This document shows, piece after piece, positions 1 through 15,137 of a DNA stretch of 64,000 nucleotides. Source of the stretch: the human T2T-CHM13v2.0 reference genome, Homo sapiens; NCBI RefSeq assembly GCF_009914755.1, contig NC_060927.1. One strand, 5' to 3'. The notes beneath the pieces were generated by a model. That model saw only the letters and a list, made by a program, of their open reading frames with translations. It had not been told where the DNA came from and did no database searches. Position 1 is the stretch's first letter. Each line of letters begins with the position of its first letter. The position numbers and the translations under genes are program-made.

Positions 1-1085
1 GGGATCTAAAAAGCTGGAGGCAGAATTTTGTGGTTTTGTAACAAAATAAAATAATAGGCATCCTTTCTTTGTTTAGTGCTCTTTTTTTGCACATGAAATT
101 TAATAATTTAAATGAATGACTACCTTAGTAGCTAAGGGACAAAGAAACACCACTAATTTCTAATGTTAGCTAGGCACTTCATTGTATACTAGCAACTATG
201 TTGAGTGCTACACCTGCTTTATCTTATTTAAGCATCATAACAAGCTCACTGTTATCTATTTTTTTTCACATAAGAGGATACTCAAGTGTACAATAGTTAA
301 GTGACATATCTAAGGCTGGACAGTTAGTGAGTGGTAGAGCCATGCTTCAAACCCTAGAGAGAGAGCCTAACACTTAATTACTGCTATTATTAGAAACTGA
401 TATTCTTGAAATAATTACTAATATATTTGCCCCTTGGTAATTAAAAACAAGAAAACTTCTGTAGTCCTTCTAGCATAAGGGCCAGATTATGAAGGCTTTA
501 GTGCTAAGGAAGGGAAAAGATATCTACATGGAGCAAAGACACTCATGGAGTTGGTAAGAAAGAGGCTATTACATAGGAAAGTTGCTTACAGAAGGAAAGG
601 GAAAGTAAACAGAAAGTCCTGGTGCTGGGAAAAGGGGGGAAGTTGAGAAAGGGAGGAGGGCCAGGTAAGAATTTCCTAGTTCTCCATGTCCTTAGGGTTG
701 AGCATGTGGCAAGTGTGGTTAAACATCCAAACAGGTTTGGGGCTGTCAGAGACTCTCCATGCTGGAGAGATTGCAACAAGTTGAGGGAAGCCATAGGTTT
801 TTTGTGGCACCTTATTGAACATGGTGCCATCCTATGGGCTCGGTTCAGAAGTGATGTTGGAGAGAGGTGTTTCCGTAGATGGGCCTAAACTAGTTCCCCT
901 ATTCCCCATGGCCTGAACCATGGTGCAGTGGAGACTCACAGGTACTTGCAGGCTGTGTGTGATTAGAAAGGAACATGGAAACTGAGAGGACTGGTAGGCT
1001 AGAAGAAGCCTGCAGTCATGGAAAAAGGAGGTCACAGAGTGAAGGGGCCTTGTACGTGAAGTCATGACTAGAGATCTACAATCTT

Positions 1086-1507
1086 TTTTTTGGGGGGGGG
1101 GTTTCTATTATTTTACTTTTTTATGAAAGTAAATTATTTTAATTTTATAAAAGTAAATTATTTTAATTTTAATTTATTATTATTATACTGTAAGTTCTGG
1201 GGTATGTGTGCACAACATGTGGTTTGTTACATAGGTATACATGTGCCATGTTGGTTTGCTGCACCCATCAACTCGTCATTTACATTAGGTATTTCTCCTA
1301 ATGCTATCCCTTCCCCAGCCCCCTACCCCCTGACAGGCCCTGGTGTGGGATGTTCCCCTCCTTGTGTCCATGTGTTCTCATTGTTCAACTCTCACTTATG
1401 AGTGGATAGGAGTGGCGAGAGAGGGGATGCTTGTCTTCGGTGCTCTATACATTCAGAGAAACTTCTCTAGTAACAAACTGTAGAAATGATCCCTGAAAGT
1501 ATAGTCT
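1086..1507 (-). mobile_element. U3 snoRNA / L1 chimeric retrocopy (U3 5' part + short L1 ORF2 piece + L1PA 3' UTR + degenerate tail)
   Basis: Flanked by TSD aga(g/t)atctacaatctt at 1070-1085 and 1508-1523. L1PA 3' UTR at about 1180-1404, L1 ORF2-like piece at 1405-1437, U3 at 1436-1507. Confidence 0.85.
1436..1507 (-). pseudogene. U3 snoRNA 5' fragment (about 72 nt)
   Basis: Minus strand reads AGACTATACTTTCAGGGATCATTTCTACAGTTTGTTACTAGAGAAGTTTCTCTGAATGTATAGAGCACCGAA, matching the recalled 5' end of human U3. Confidence 0.9.
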
Positions 1508-1801
1508 AGATATCTACAATCTTGTCAATGTCTATCAACATGGTAGCTGTGACAATGACCAAACGAATTGAGGCCGGCAAGGACACAGAATGTGGCACAT
1601 GGACCAGAGGCTCTTCCCCACATTGTAGTAAGCTTTCCGTGGGACTCAGAGGAAGGGAGAATTGGATGGGGAAGTTCCTTAAGAGGAGAGAAACCACTGT
1701 TATGAAGAGTATAAATCTGAATTACATTGACTCTTTATCTGAAGACAGTATTTAGAAAGAGATGCTGTTACCCTTCTTTAGCAGAATCAAGTGTTCCTCC
1801 T

Positions 1802-2160
1802 TGATATGGTTTGGCTCTGTGTCCCCACTCAAATCTCATCTCCAACTATGCCCCACGTGTCAAGGGAGGTAGGTGATTGGATCATGGGGGCGGTTTCCCG
1901 TATGCTGTTCTCATGATAGTGAGTAGGAGCTCTCATGAGATCTGATGGTTTTATAAGTGGCAGTTTCCCCTGTTCTTCTCTCTTCTGCCATCTTGTGAAG
2001 AAGGTGCTTGCTTCCCCTTAGCATTCCCCCATGGTTGTGTTAGTAAGTTTCCTGAGGCCTCCACAGCCATGTGGAACTGTGAGTCAATTAAGCCTCTTTA
2101 CTTTATAAATTACCCAGTCTCAGGTATTTCTTTATAGCAGTGTGAAAACAGACGAATACA
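1802..2160 (+). mobile_element. Solo MaLR LTR (THE1/MST family)
   Basis: Starts tgatatggtttggctctgtgtcccc and ends aattacccagtctcaggtatttctttatagcagtgtgaaaacagacgaataca. TG...CA ends and a 5-bp TSD-like ctcct/ctccc. Confidence 0.85.
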
Positions 2161-2366
2161 CTCCCCAACACCATTTCAACTGTACCTTGATGATCATCAG
2201 CAGGACTGTAGTCAGAGCCAGCTGGAGCAAGATGGGGACAATTGTAGAAAATAAAGTTGCATTTAGTGCACTTTGGAATTATTACAAATTCTTATTCTGC
2301 CACATCATAATAGTGTTTAACACAAATATTGTAAGTCACTTCTGGCAAGTTGAGCAGTAACCTACC

Positions 2367-2490
2367 TTTTTTTTTTTTGAGACAGAGTTTCACTCTGTTG
2401 CCCATGCTGGAGTGCAATGGCACGATCTCAGCTCATGCAACCTCTGCCTCCTGGATTCAAGTTGTGAGCAACCCATCACACCCAACCTGG
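2367..2490 (-). mobile_element. Partial, internally deleted Alu
   Basis: Poly-T followed by gagacagagtttcactctgttgcccatgctggagtgcaatgg. Confidence 0.8.
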
Positions 2491-2560
2491 TTTTCTTAAC
2501 GCATTAAAAAAAGATCTGAGAGGCTATAAGTGGATAGGACAATCAGTATTCTTTATGCTA

Positions 2561-2746
2561 TTCTTTTTATTTGTTTATTTCATCTTCAGTGAGCCAAAGG
2601 CTTCATTGTTTTTATAATAATAAAGGAGAAAGATCAATAAAAGAAACTTAAGCTTCTTTTTATTTGTTTATTTCATCTTCAGTGAGCCAAAGGCTTCATT
2701 GTTTTTATAATAATAAAGGAGAAAGATCAATAAAAGAAACTTAAGC
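2561..2746. repeat. Perfect 93-bp tandem duplication
   Basis: 2561-2653 and 2654-2746 read identically (ttctttttatttgttt...aagaaacttaagc). Confidence 0.95.
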
Positions 2747-3279
2747 AATGAAAGGAACGATAAGAAAATACAAGGAAAGGATCTGGAGTTTTTAAGAGCC
2801 TGAGTGGATTCTATGATTTCTTAATTTCTAATTTATATGCATCCAGCTTCTCCTGTACTATTTGTTCCACAATGTTTTTGAGAACATTTCCATCTTGTAA
2901 ATTGGTTGAAAATGAGTATTTCTAATCACTGGTTCCCATTTTTATAGCTTTTGTATGTACTATAAATACTATATAATAACCTCTACTACTATATTTATGT
3001 GCCATAAGACAAAGTTCTTGCCTAGAAATGATCACTTAGATGGTGAGAATCAGTAAAACTAAGTAAAATAATTGGAAAATGAGGCAATCTGCAATAAAAT
3101 GTTGAGTTACACATCTTGGATTTTAAGGGAATGATATGTGGTGGTTCATAAAACCATAAACATAGCTTTCCATGTGCTTAGATTATTTATCCACATCAGC
3201 ATCTCCAACTGTGAGTTCAAAATATACCAATTAATAATAACATTAGTAGCAATGATAACAGTACTATTAGAATAAAAGT

Positions 3280-3440
3280 ATCTTATATTCCACAGTATAA
3301 GTGTCTCATTGTTCAGCAACCCTTACAAAAACCATGTGCAGTAAAAATACTTCACTATTATTTATACTTTACACATGAAGAAGCTGGAGCTCAGAAAAGT
3401 TTAGCAATATGATCAAGGTCACAAAGCTCCTTAGTGACTT
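3280..3440. mobile_element. MIR remnant
   Basis: Degenerate MIR core: tttacacatgaagaagctggagctcagaaaagtttagcaatatgatcaaggtcacaaagct. Confidence 0.6.
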
Positions 3441-3798
3441 AGATGACTTTTCTATTTAGTGACCTGCCCATGGGAGGTACAGATATCCCAGATCCCCATC
3501 TATCTCTAAGAATCAAAGATAAAGAGAATCACCAGTAGCTCCCCTACTCCACTGGGGATTTCCAGTGAAGAGGAAAATGTGGCAAGAAATTTCTGAGTGA
3601 CACCTGCTCAAAGCTCAAGGAAATTTCTTGCTGAGTTCATTGCTGTGATGCCTGACACTGGATGGCAGTGTTGCACTGGGCAGAATTCACTAAGTGCCTA
3701 AGGGTCACGCAGGTCCATTTGTTTTTTGTTTTGTTTTGCTTTTAATTGTATATATTTAAGGTGCACAATTTTTTTTTATATCAGTCCATTTGTTTTTA

Positions 3799-4097
<299 letters not shown>

Positions 4098-4244
4098 CTA
4101 TTAGTCTGAAACTTATCAGAATCTATATAACCAGTTTCTTCCTGTGGGCATATAGGTTGTTTCCTGCTGGCATGTTATTGGATATCCAAGTTGATCCCCA
4201 CTAGCCCCTTTTGTTGGATGTTAGGTTATTTACAACTCATTACT

Positions 4245-4700
4245 ATTGTATTACCTTTAGCTGCTGTAACAGATTACCACAAATTTATTGGCTTAAAGCA
4301 ACACAAATTTATTCTTTTACAGCTCTGGAGATCAGTTTCTGAAATCAGTTTCATTCGGCTAAAGTCAAGATGTCAGTAAAACTAGTTTCATATGGAGGCT
4401 ATGAGGGGAGAATCCAACTACGTGCCTTTTCCAGTTTGGAGAGGCTGCCAACATCCCAGACTCTGCTTTCCTCACATTTTCTTCTCTTCTCTGTAGTATC
4501 TCTCTCTGTTTCCCTTCTATAAGGACACTTGTGATTTCATCTTCGAGCCCACTTGTATAATCCTGGTTAATCTCCTCATTTTAAAGTCTTTAACTTAATT
4601 ACATCTGTAGATTTTCTTTTTGCCACAGAATATAACATATTCCCAGGTTTCAGAGAAGAAGACATGGACACCTTGAGGGGCCATTATTCAAACTGCAACA
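4245..4700 (-). mobile_element. MLT1 MaLR LTR
   Basis: gctgctgtaacagattaccacaaatttattggcttaaagcaacacaaatttattcttttacagctctggag...ggggccattattcaaactgcaaca. Confidence 0.75.
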
Positions 4701-5359
4701 ACCATTATAAACAGGTCCAAAAGGTATGAACAGGTACAACCGATTGGAGGAAAATACTAGAAAAAAAGGAAGGAAAATATTTTCTCCAAATCCTGAACAT
4801 TTTGTAAAGAGTTATAAAAATGTTTAAAGACACAAGAATAGTTGTAAAACTGCCCAAATTTCTAATACTGCCTAAAATAGGGACTAGTGATATTCATTTC
4901 AATCAAGACATTTCAAGCAATTTGAAGTCTTGAACGATGTTTTCCATCAAATAAACTAAAGTCCACCATGAAAGAATAAAGGCAGGCAAATCATGTAGGC
5001 CATGGGGAGCTGCATATCTCAGGATGTGAGTCTCAGAGAAAGTGAAAAGGGACCTGAGACATGAAGGAAAAGAAGTGAATCAGGGATGGGGCACAAGGGA
5101 GAAAGCCCCTGACACAGAGAATGTGCAGTGTATGGGGGTGAGGACAGACCTGGAGATAAAAGAGAGCATCACATATTTAAAGAACCAAAGGCAGGTTTAT
5201 GGCGGATAGTGTATTTTGTGGTGGCAATGGGAGGGGGTGATGCCAAAGAGGCAACTGGTTACTTAACTAGGGGCTGGATCAAGACGGACCTTGTAAGACC
5301 TATTGTGGGTGGATTTGACCTAAGGCAGTTGAAGAGCCTTTGCAAATGATCTGAGTCTT

Positions 5360-7400
<2,041 letters not shown>

Positions 7401-8162
7401 AAAAAGTGGTCTGGAGATTGATGTGGTCACTTTCAGTGTTGGAATAGATTAAAAGGGAAGATTGGAGGCAGGCAGGCATACTTAATTTTTTAAGTGAGAA
7501 TTACAGCTGGCCAGTTTTCTTTATTTCAAATTTTTTAAACAATAGATGTTTATTCTCTACAAGGCTGTGATTATAACAGTTTTCCAGCTTTAGTCAATTG
7601 CTTACCATCTTCACTATTTTTGTTGCAGCCGCAGCACACTATAGCTCTGTAACATGTGATGCTTCCAAGGAGAAAGAGGATGCTGTAGGTTCTGTATGGT
7701 AAGAGTTGCTGTTTTTGAGTCAGCTGATATTGAGGTAGGAGATTAATCAGGCTGTCAAATTGTTTTCCTGAAAATAGATGCAGCAGACGAGGTAGTAACC
7801 TGTGGCTTTCTCAATTCAGCAAGGTAGCTGTTTAAAGATTTTTATGCCTGCAGTGTCTGAGTGTCTTTCTCCTTTGCTATAATTGAGGGCTTTCTCTGTT
7901 TAGACACACAGGGGCTCTTCTGTAACAAGTGACTAGTACTGATGTGTTAAAAAATCCAAAAGCCTACTTTTTACACACCCCGAGGCCTCTCATGAATAAC
8001 TTGAATATCATAATAACAACGCACTTATGAAAGTTGATTTATTTTTAGTCTTTTTTTCTTCTCGCAATAAAGATACAGGCAAGCCATAATGTCATAATGT
8101 CACAAAATTCATATTATAGGTAAACATTTTTTAACTGTTGGAGACATACATCTAAAAAACCA

Positions 8163-8598
8163 CAGTTGACTCTTGAACAACATGGGGGTTGGGGTGTTGA
8201 CCCCCTCCCCTGTGCAGTTGGGAATTTGTGTATAACTTTTGACTCCCCCAAAACTTAACTACTAATAGCCTACTGTTGACTGGAAGCCTAACCGATAACA
8301 TGAACACTCAATGAACACATATTTAGTATACATATTAGATAGTGTATTCTTACAATAAAGTAAGCTAGAGAAAAGAAAATGTTACTAAGAAAATCATAAG
8401 GAAGAAAAAATATGTTTACTATGTATTAAGTTGAAGTGAATCATTATAAAGGTCTTCATCCTTGTCATTGTCACACTGAGTAGGCTGAGGAGGAGGAGGA
8501 AGAGGAGGTCTTGCTGTCTTGGGGTGACAGAGGCAGAAGAAAATCCACGTGAAAGTGGATCCATGCAGTTCAAACCCATGTTGTTTAAGGGTCAGCTG
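8163..8598. mobile_element. Tigger2a-like non-autonomous DNA transposon
   Basis: Terminal inverted repeats cagttgactcttgaacaacatggg ... cccatgttgtttaagggtcagctg, followed by TA. Confidence 0.8.
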
Positions 8599-11500
8599 TA
8601 ATATACATTTTGCCAAGTAAAAACAGCAATTTAAATACATGTAACTAGGTGTTATGTTCATTTCTTGACTGGGTAGGATGGCTCTGCATAGGAAATAAAA
8701 CAAAGTAGACTAGTGTGTTTGTTCATCTGCTGGTATGGCATGAGCATTACCTAGGATTCCAAGTAACATAGAGAAATATAAAAGTCAAATGACATCTGAC
8801 AAACTGTGCCTGACCAAATGACTGTGACCCAGCTGTAGGTGCACTGGGATGGCTGTAATGCCCCAGTTTCTCAGAAGCACTCAGCAGTGTCTATCTGCAG
8901 TAGATTTGGGGCTTGAGCTTTTCCTGGAAACCGTATAACAGCCTTTAAATATTCTTAGCCTTCGTTAATAATATGGATCCAGAGTCTTTAGGAGCTCAGG
9001 TGTTTTCTTTTGCTTGAAGGTGAAGACAAGTCTGGACAGAATGTGTTATTGTTCCTGGAAGGAAGCCTAACTTTCACCAGGGTCCTTGGAGAGCCACAAG
9101 GATCAAACATGTCTGGGGGAGTGAGGTGAAAACATACAGCTCGTAGTCTCAGGCCTAGTCTTGGAGTGGACACATGGGATTAAACGCCCATGGCCTTTTG
9201 CACCGACATTCACCTGGTGTTTTTTGCCTTGATCAGGGGTCCTTGAAGTCAGAGTCATGTGAAAATGGTAATTAGGTTCAAAGTATTATTGAGAAAACCA
9301 TTTCACCTTGACAGTCAATGAAACAATTTGCTGCTGCTTGCTCTGGCAGCACACTATTAAGCTATCATTGAATCTGAGCCCTGGAATGGCTCACTCAGAA
9401 CCATAACATTGCTGACTCTGTTAGGACCCTTAAGAAAAAAAGCTGTTTAGTCTGAAGCTCCCTACTTGGTGATGAGGGGCCCGAGGTCCAAGAGATGGAG
9501 AGAGGATCACACAGTGAAAAGGCCACACCTCTAATTCCTGCTCTTGGACTTGGCCATGTCCTTTCTGTCTACCCCTAGGCCTCTGAAAGGATATGAGCTT
9601 TGGTGTCTGCACTTTAACATATGCTGCATCTGTGAGCTCATGATTCTTCATTTGTAAAGTGAACAAAACAAAACCAGCCACAGAGTGTGACGAGGTGTGA
9701 ATTATCCATCACCGTGCATGCAATAAAGACCTTCTGCCTAAGAGCATGCGTGTTATTTTTCCTATGCTTTGTCTCATCTCTGATGAGTCCTACTACATTT
9801 GGAAGATGTAATCACCATGGCCCTGGTAAAATATACTATCATCCCGGGAATTACAAAAGCACTGGACACCAGATGCTGCTGCCCAAATCAGAAACCTCAT
9901 CAACACTGAATTTAGTTCCTGACCTACAGGAATAATAAAGTATGTGAAAACAATTTGTAAAATGTAAAATGCAGTAAAAATGCTAGCTTTTTGTTCTTAT
10001 TAATATAACATAAAATCATCTATTTTAATGATTTTTTTATAGGCCTGAGCACAGTTTTTCTTTTTTTACTAGAGGATTAAGACAAATCAGCTTTGGTGAT
10101 AAACATGCCTTTGTGCAAGGGTAGCCCTTGACAACAAGAGAGAATTGCTCAGAAACAGCTGCCTTCTGGTAAGAAAGAGAGATCACAAATGAGGGAGGAA
10201 TAGTTCCAAATAGGTCTGAGAAAAGCCATGGACTAAACCCTTACAGCTCAAGAGAGGGATTCTCAGGCTGTTAAGGAGGTGTAGTCTATCACCCAGAGTG
10301 TCCTTTTATTTGGATGTAACCAAATTCTGAAGAGGTTCCCCTGGGAATCAGTCTTTCCTTTAAGACTTGTCAGCATCATTTTGAAAGCCTGAGGGTGGAA
10401 CCTGTGGAGCATCCACACTTTAGAAAACTGAGACTTGTGAGACATTTGACAGACTGTGATGTCACTCAGTCAGGGCCCAGGGCTATGTCATCTGCTAGCT
10501 CACTTGTGAAGGCAGATGGCTATGGGAAGACTGAAGCATGGGCCTAGGATTTCACCAGCAAGTAGTAATGGGAGACCCTTTTTTGGGATTTCCCAGGTCA
10601 GGTGGAGATTACACTTAGACAACAAATAGGAAATCCTTCAGTGAGGATAAGGTGAAGGAGATGACCTTCCTGTGGAAGGGGAGGTGGGTCCCAGCTGACT
10701 GGTAATGTTAATAATATCAGCGTGGTGAATATGTGGGGAGTATAATTGTGTTGTAGAACAGATGGGGAATGTAGAAAAGTGTAAAGATGAAAAATTAAAA
10801 TCACATAATATAGCACTGAAAAGCACTGCATGACTGTCATTTTGAACTAGAAACGAACACAGAAACATGAAAATGATTGGTTTGTTAAGGCAGTGGGAAA
10901 GGTAATTTTTTTCCTTTCTTTTGACATCTGGTTTGCAATGGTTTCTTTTAGTTCTTTTAATGGAAACATATAGGTGAAAGACAGCTATAAAATATTGCTA
11001 AATTTTAGAAATGTAGAATGCCATTTTGTTTGTTGCTTTTAAAATTGGTTATCCTCACTTAAAGCATATTGTGAACTTTTCCCTAATGCATAAACATTTG
11101 TCCAAAATATGATTTAAATGGCTCCTTTGCATTACATCACGTGAATAAATCATAATTGATTTAAAAATTCCCCATTGTGTACATTTAGTTTGCTGCCTTT
11201 TTACTATTATAAATCAAACTGTAGTCGATATCCTTATATATCATGTTTGTGTGGATCTTAATTGCTTCCTTGAGATAAATACTTTGAAGTAAAATCACAT
11301 GATCAAAGGGTATACAGATTTTTCATATATTGGTGGATTGTGTTCTGAAAATATTTCTGTGAATTTATACTCTGAGGGGAAATGTTTGAGAGGCGCAAAG
11401 AGCAAGACGAGGGACCAGGAATCCATGGTGAGTTGACCTGGAGAAAGACTGGGGGACACCTCTAGGAGAGGCCTGGCAAGAAAGGGAGGAGAAGGAGCTC

Positions 11501-12028
11501 TCAGGAAGAAACCCAGGGACATAAGCCTCACCAGTGACAAACACAGCAATGTGAGCTGAGGGCAACACTTCGCCTTAAAGTGTAGATTAAAGAAAATGAT
11601 GCATACAAAAAATGTTCATTGACCTCTTACGGGCTTTACAAAAGTTTCTAAGGTAGTTTATTATCCCCTAGTCACAGAGGCAGGAAGGGAGGCACAGAAA
11701 TTAAGTAAGTTTCCTACCACCATGCTAATGAAAGTGGCAGAACACAGACAAAAAATGATGTATGCCATTCCAAATCTCATGGTTTTCCACTCAACTTTTT
11801 CTATACTCTGAAGGAGAGAGGTTGGCCTGATGTCACCTTTTTTATACTCTGTGATGAAGCAGGATGCCCTTCCTCACCTTTGGGGCAAGAGAAGCTCCCA
11901 CAAGAGAGGCCGAAGTGAGAATGATTGAAGCTGACATATGTTAAACAAGAAAGGAACAATTTCTAGAAAATGAAATGACTCTTTTAAATGCAAAACCCAC
12001 TATTATATTATTATATATTATTTCTAGG

Positions 12029-12217
12029 TATAAAAGAGGCTTTTATGAGTCTCTTTTCAAAAGGATTGCTTAGCTCCTAGTCCAGATCCATAAATTGCAA
12101 GCGAGTGCGAGGTTCTCTGACTGATTGAGACATGACAATTATATAGCAAATAGCAGCAAGCGGAGTCCCCTGGGATGAGGCACAGTCACTGTAAAGCTCT
12201 ATCAAGGTGCCTCATTA
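12029..12217 (+). promoter_or_regulatory. Candidate V2R proximal promoter: TATA-like element, O/E (EBF) site, homeodomain site
   Basis: TATAAAAG at 12029-12036; TCCCCTGGGA (EBF palindrome TCCCNNGGGA) at 12166-12175; TCATTA (TAATGA on - strand) at 12212-12217. All lie within 250 bp upstream of the ATG at 12270. Confidence 0.4.
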
Positions 12218-12269
12218 AAACTTGTATAATTTCAACACTGGTCACTTCCCCCAAACTCACCTTATTAAA

Positions 12270-12498
12270 ATGGTCGCCAGAGGAAATGCTTGGTTCTAGA
12301 ATTTCTTGCATTTTTATGGGCTGAATTGGGCTCTGAAGCCAAAGAAGAGAAAGAAGAAGAACGGACCTGCCGGTTGCTGGGCAAGTGTGTAGATGCCGAA
12401 AACCATTCCCTTGTTATTGGAGGACTGTTTCCTATTGACTCCAGGACCATCCCAGCAAATGAGTCTATTTTGGAGCCAGCATCAGCAAAATGTGAAGG
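12270..12498 (+). pseudogene. VN2R1P: V2R exon 1 (signal peptide and start of Venus flytrap domain), frameshifted after the ATG
   Basis: ATG at 12270 (aaaATGg) stops after 9 codons at TAG 12297-12299. The V2R frame (LVLEFLAFLWAELG...VIGGLFPIDSR...AKCEG) is shifted by one base. Donor GG|gtaag at 12499. Confidence 0.88.
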
Positions 12499-12767
12499 GT
12501 AAGCCATTCTTTTAGCTTTCTTTTTACATCAGTTGCAGGTGGTGGGTGTAGGGGGTTAGAGTCTGGAACTGGCACCCGTGATACTAGCCTGGACCCCGAC
12601 CCTATCTCTTTGATGCAGGATAGGTACTTCCTGTTACTAGGCCTCAGTTTCCCTTAGGTGGACATTCTAGGATTATTTAGAAACTGGAAAAGCTTGGTCT
12701 CAAGTGGGTCATTTTCCACTTCTGTATCTGAGACAGAAAAAAAAGTGGATTTTATATGATGCAGAAC

Positions 12768-12930
12768 ATTGCTCCTCAGAGGGTGGTCTGTGGGCCAGCA
12801 GCATCAGTTTCACCCAAGACTGTTAGAAATGTAAAATCTCAGGCTACATTCCCAGACCTGTTGAATCAGGATCTGCATTTGAACAAGACCTCCTGGTGAT
12901 TCATGTACACATTAAGATCTGAGAAGCCCT
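12768..12930. mobile_element. MER5A hAT DNA transposon
   Basis: ccagcagcatcagtttcacccaagactgttagaaatgtaaaatctcagg...gaatcaggatctgcatttgaacaagacctcctggtgattcatgtacacattaag. Confidence 0.8.
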
Positions 12931-15137
12931 AATGCAGAGTTGCAGTGTTGCAGGTTTATTATTCATTGTTATAGACTAAACTCTCATCAAGTGAAAATAC
13001 ACAGTGTGGGAACACTAACTTATTTCTGAGCTACTGTTAATGGCAAGATTCTTTCAGCTGCTGTGAGGGTTCTGCCCTGCACTCCCCTAACTCCAAGTTG
13101 TCATGTAAAGAAATGGGATCCATGACTGATAATCAGAATTTGCTAGTAATCCATTATAATAAAGGCAAACATGTGTTAGATCACCCCCCAACTTCAGCTA
13201 TAAAAAGAACACTAGAAATTAAAAATAAAACATTTATCCACCATTCTATGCGCATAACAAAGCAGATCTTTTCATTTTCCTATATGCTTTCTTAGCCCTT
13301 TATAAAAATGCATCCATAATTTGTGCATAGTTGTGACCACAGCACAGACACAATTTTATATTTAGCATTTTATATTGTGTAGGAAGCATTTCTATGATGC
13401 TGCGTGGCTATTAAAATTGTAAATGCATATTGTAAAAAAATTTAAATAATTTCTTACACATTAAATCTTTGCTAATTACAGCTACTGTCCTTTGATTATA
13501 TTTTATGCCCCATATTTGAGATACCATTAGTGGATGGAACAACCATAATGTTGTTGGCAGAAAGGATTGTAATCAGTCTCTACTTATCTTTTTCCTAGAT
13601 CTTTTAATTCTTTTCTTACTGTGAAGCAAAAAGAAGAAAGATAAGAAAGGCTTTTGTTTACAGCTACATTATGGTAGACTCAGTTCATTATTTATCATAG
13701 TTTTTCTCTTCTTCAATCCTTAATAACATAAAATGAAAACGTAAAGTTTGGCAAAATATATGCCCTAATATTTCATAAACAGAATCATTTAATTTGTTGT
13801 CTGTTCTGCATTGGAACTTCTGAAGGTTATTTTCCTAGAAGGTTAAATGGAAAAGCCAATATACATGTTTTAAAATTAAACTCCACTCCTCCTCATTAAA
13901 AATAATTTGACATATACATTGTGGTTGCAATAGTGATGAGAAGTAACTACATCCCATTTTGAAAATAATTCACTTATCAGGAATATTTTGGGATTTGCAT
14001 AATCAATACCATCAGGATTTGAGTGGCTACTGCTTGGCTTTACAATATGCATTTTATATATGTGTACATGAAAGAAAATACAATGTGCTTTTAATAAGTT
14101 AATAAGTGATATAAGACAAACCTACCCAATACAGGTATGTAAAACAAATAGTAGTTGCAGGAGTTAGGAACTGTGAAAACAGGCAAAGTACCAAATTTCT
14201 AAGCTGTGACTTCTTGTTTATTGTCAGGAAGAAGTGGAGAGTAAGATACAAGAGAGCACTAAGAGCACCACAGCCTTTAAGTTGGCTTTTAGTCCTAAAA
14301 ATTCTACAGTTTATTGGCAAGTGACAGGGGCAGACAGTGACTATTAGTTATTCACCCAAAAGGATGAGTTATTTTTCAGTTGGTCCTTCTTGCTATAAGG
14401 GAATGGAAATGTGGGGAAGGTAGACAGAGAGGGGAGGACAGGACATTTTTGAAGAGAATTTAGGGAGAGAGCTTGCCTGATGAACTACCATAGTGGAAGA
14501 TCAGAAGAGTCAGAGAATAGTACAAGAGGCAGAGGCATTTGGAATGACAAACAAGAAAGTGGTAAGTGCTAAGAGTTGAGAAAGAGAAAGATAAAAATGT
14601 ATTGTATGGAAACAATAAGATTTACCTTCTTCAGAAAGTTGTAAGGAGTTGGCTCTGTTTTCTCTCATATTTTGAGAGATCACATATAAAGTTTTTCTCT
14701 TGAAAATATAACAAGTAAGAAAATGGAAGAAAGCCAGTTTGTCCCATAGGATGGAGGCCAGGAATGGGTACAGCTTCAATATTCACCCAGAAGGGGATAT
14801 CTGGGAGCAGGAAACAGAAAAGGTCGACACTGAGGCCAGAGAGTCAGCAGGGCCTGTGGAGATGAGGGCCTGAGCTCAGAACCTGCCTCAGAGAGGTATC
14901 AGTAAGCTGATTTTAACCTCTTCATAAAATTGTGAGAAAATAAGCAATAGCATTTATTCACTTCATGTATTTGTTATTTGATTTTCTTGACACTCTGGAC
15001 ATTAAGAAAATTTAAAAAAAAATTGGATCTGGGCCTGTTTTTCTGGGATGAAGCTCTTGGGAAGAGAATGTTTCTTCAGTGCTAACTCATTCTTAGGTAC
15101 AGAAGACATCCCATTTAATCTTAAAAACAGCTGGTTG

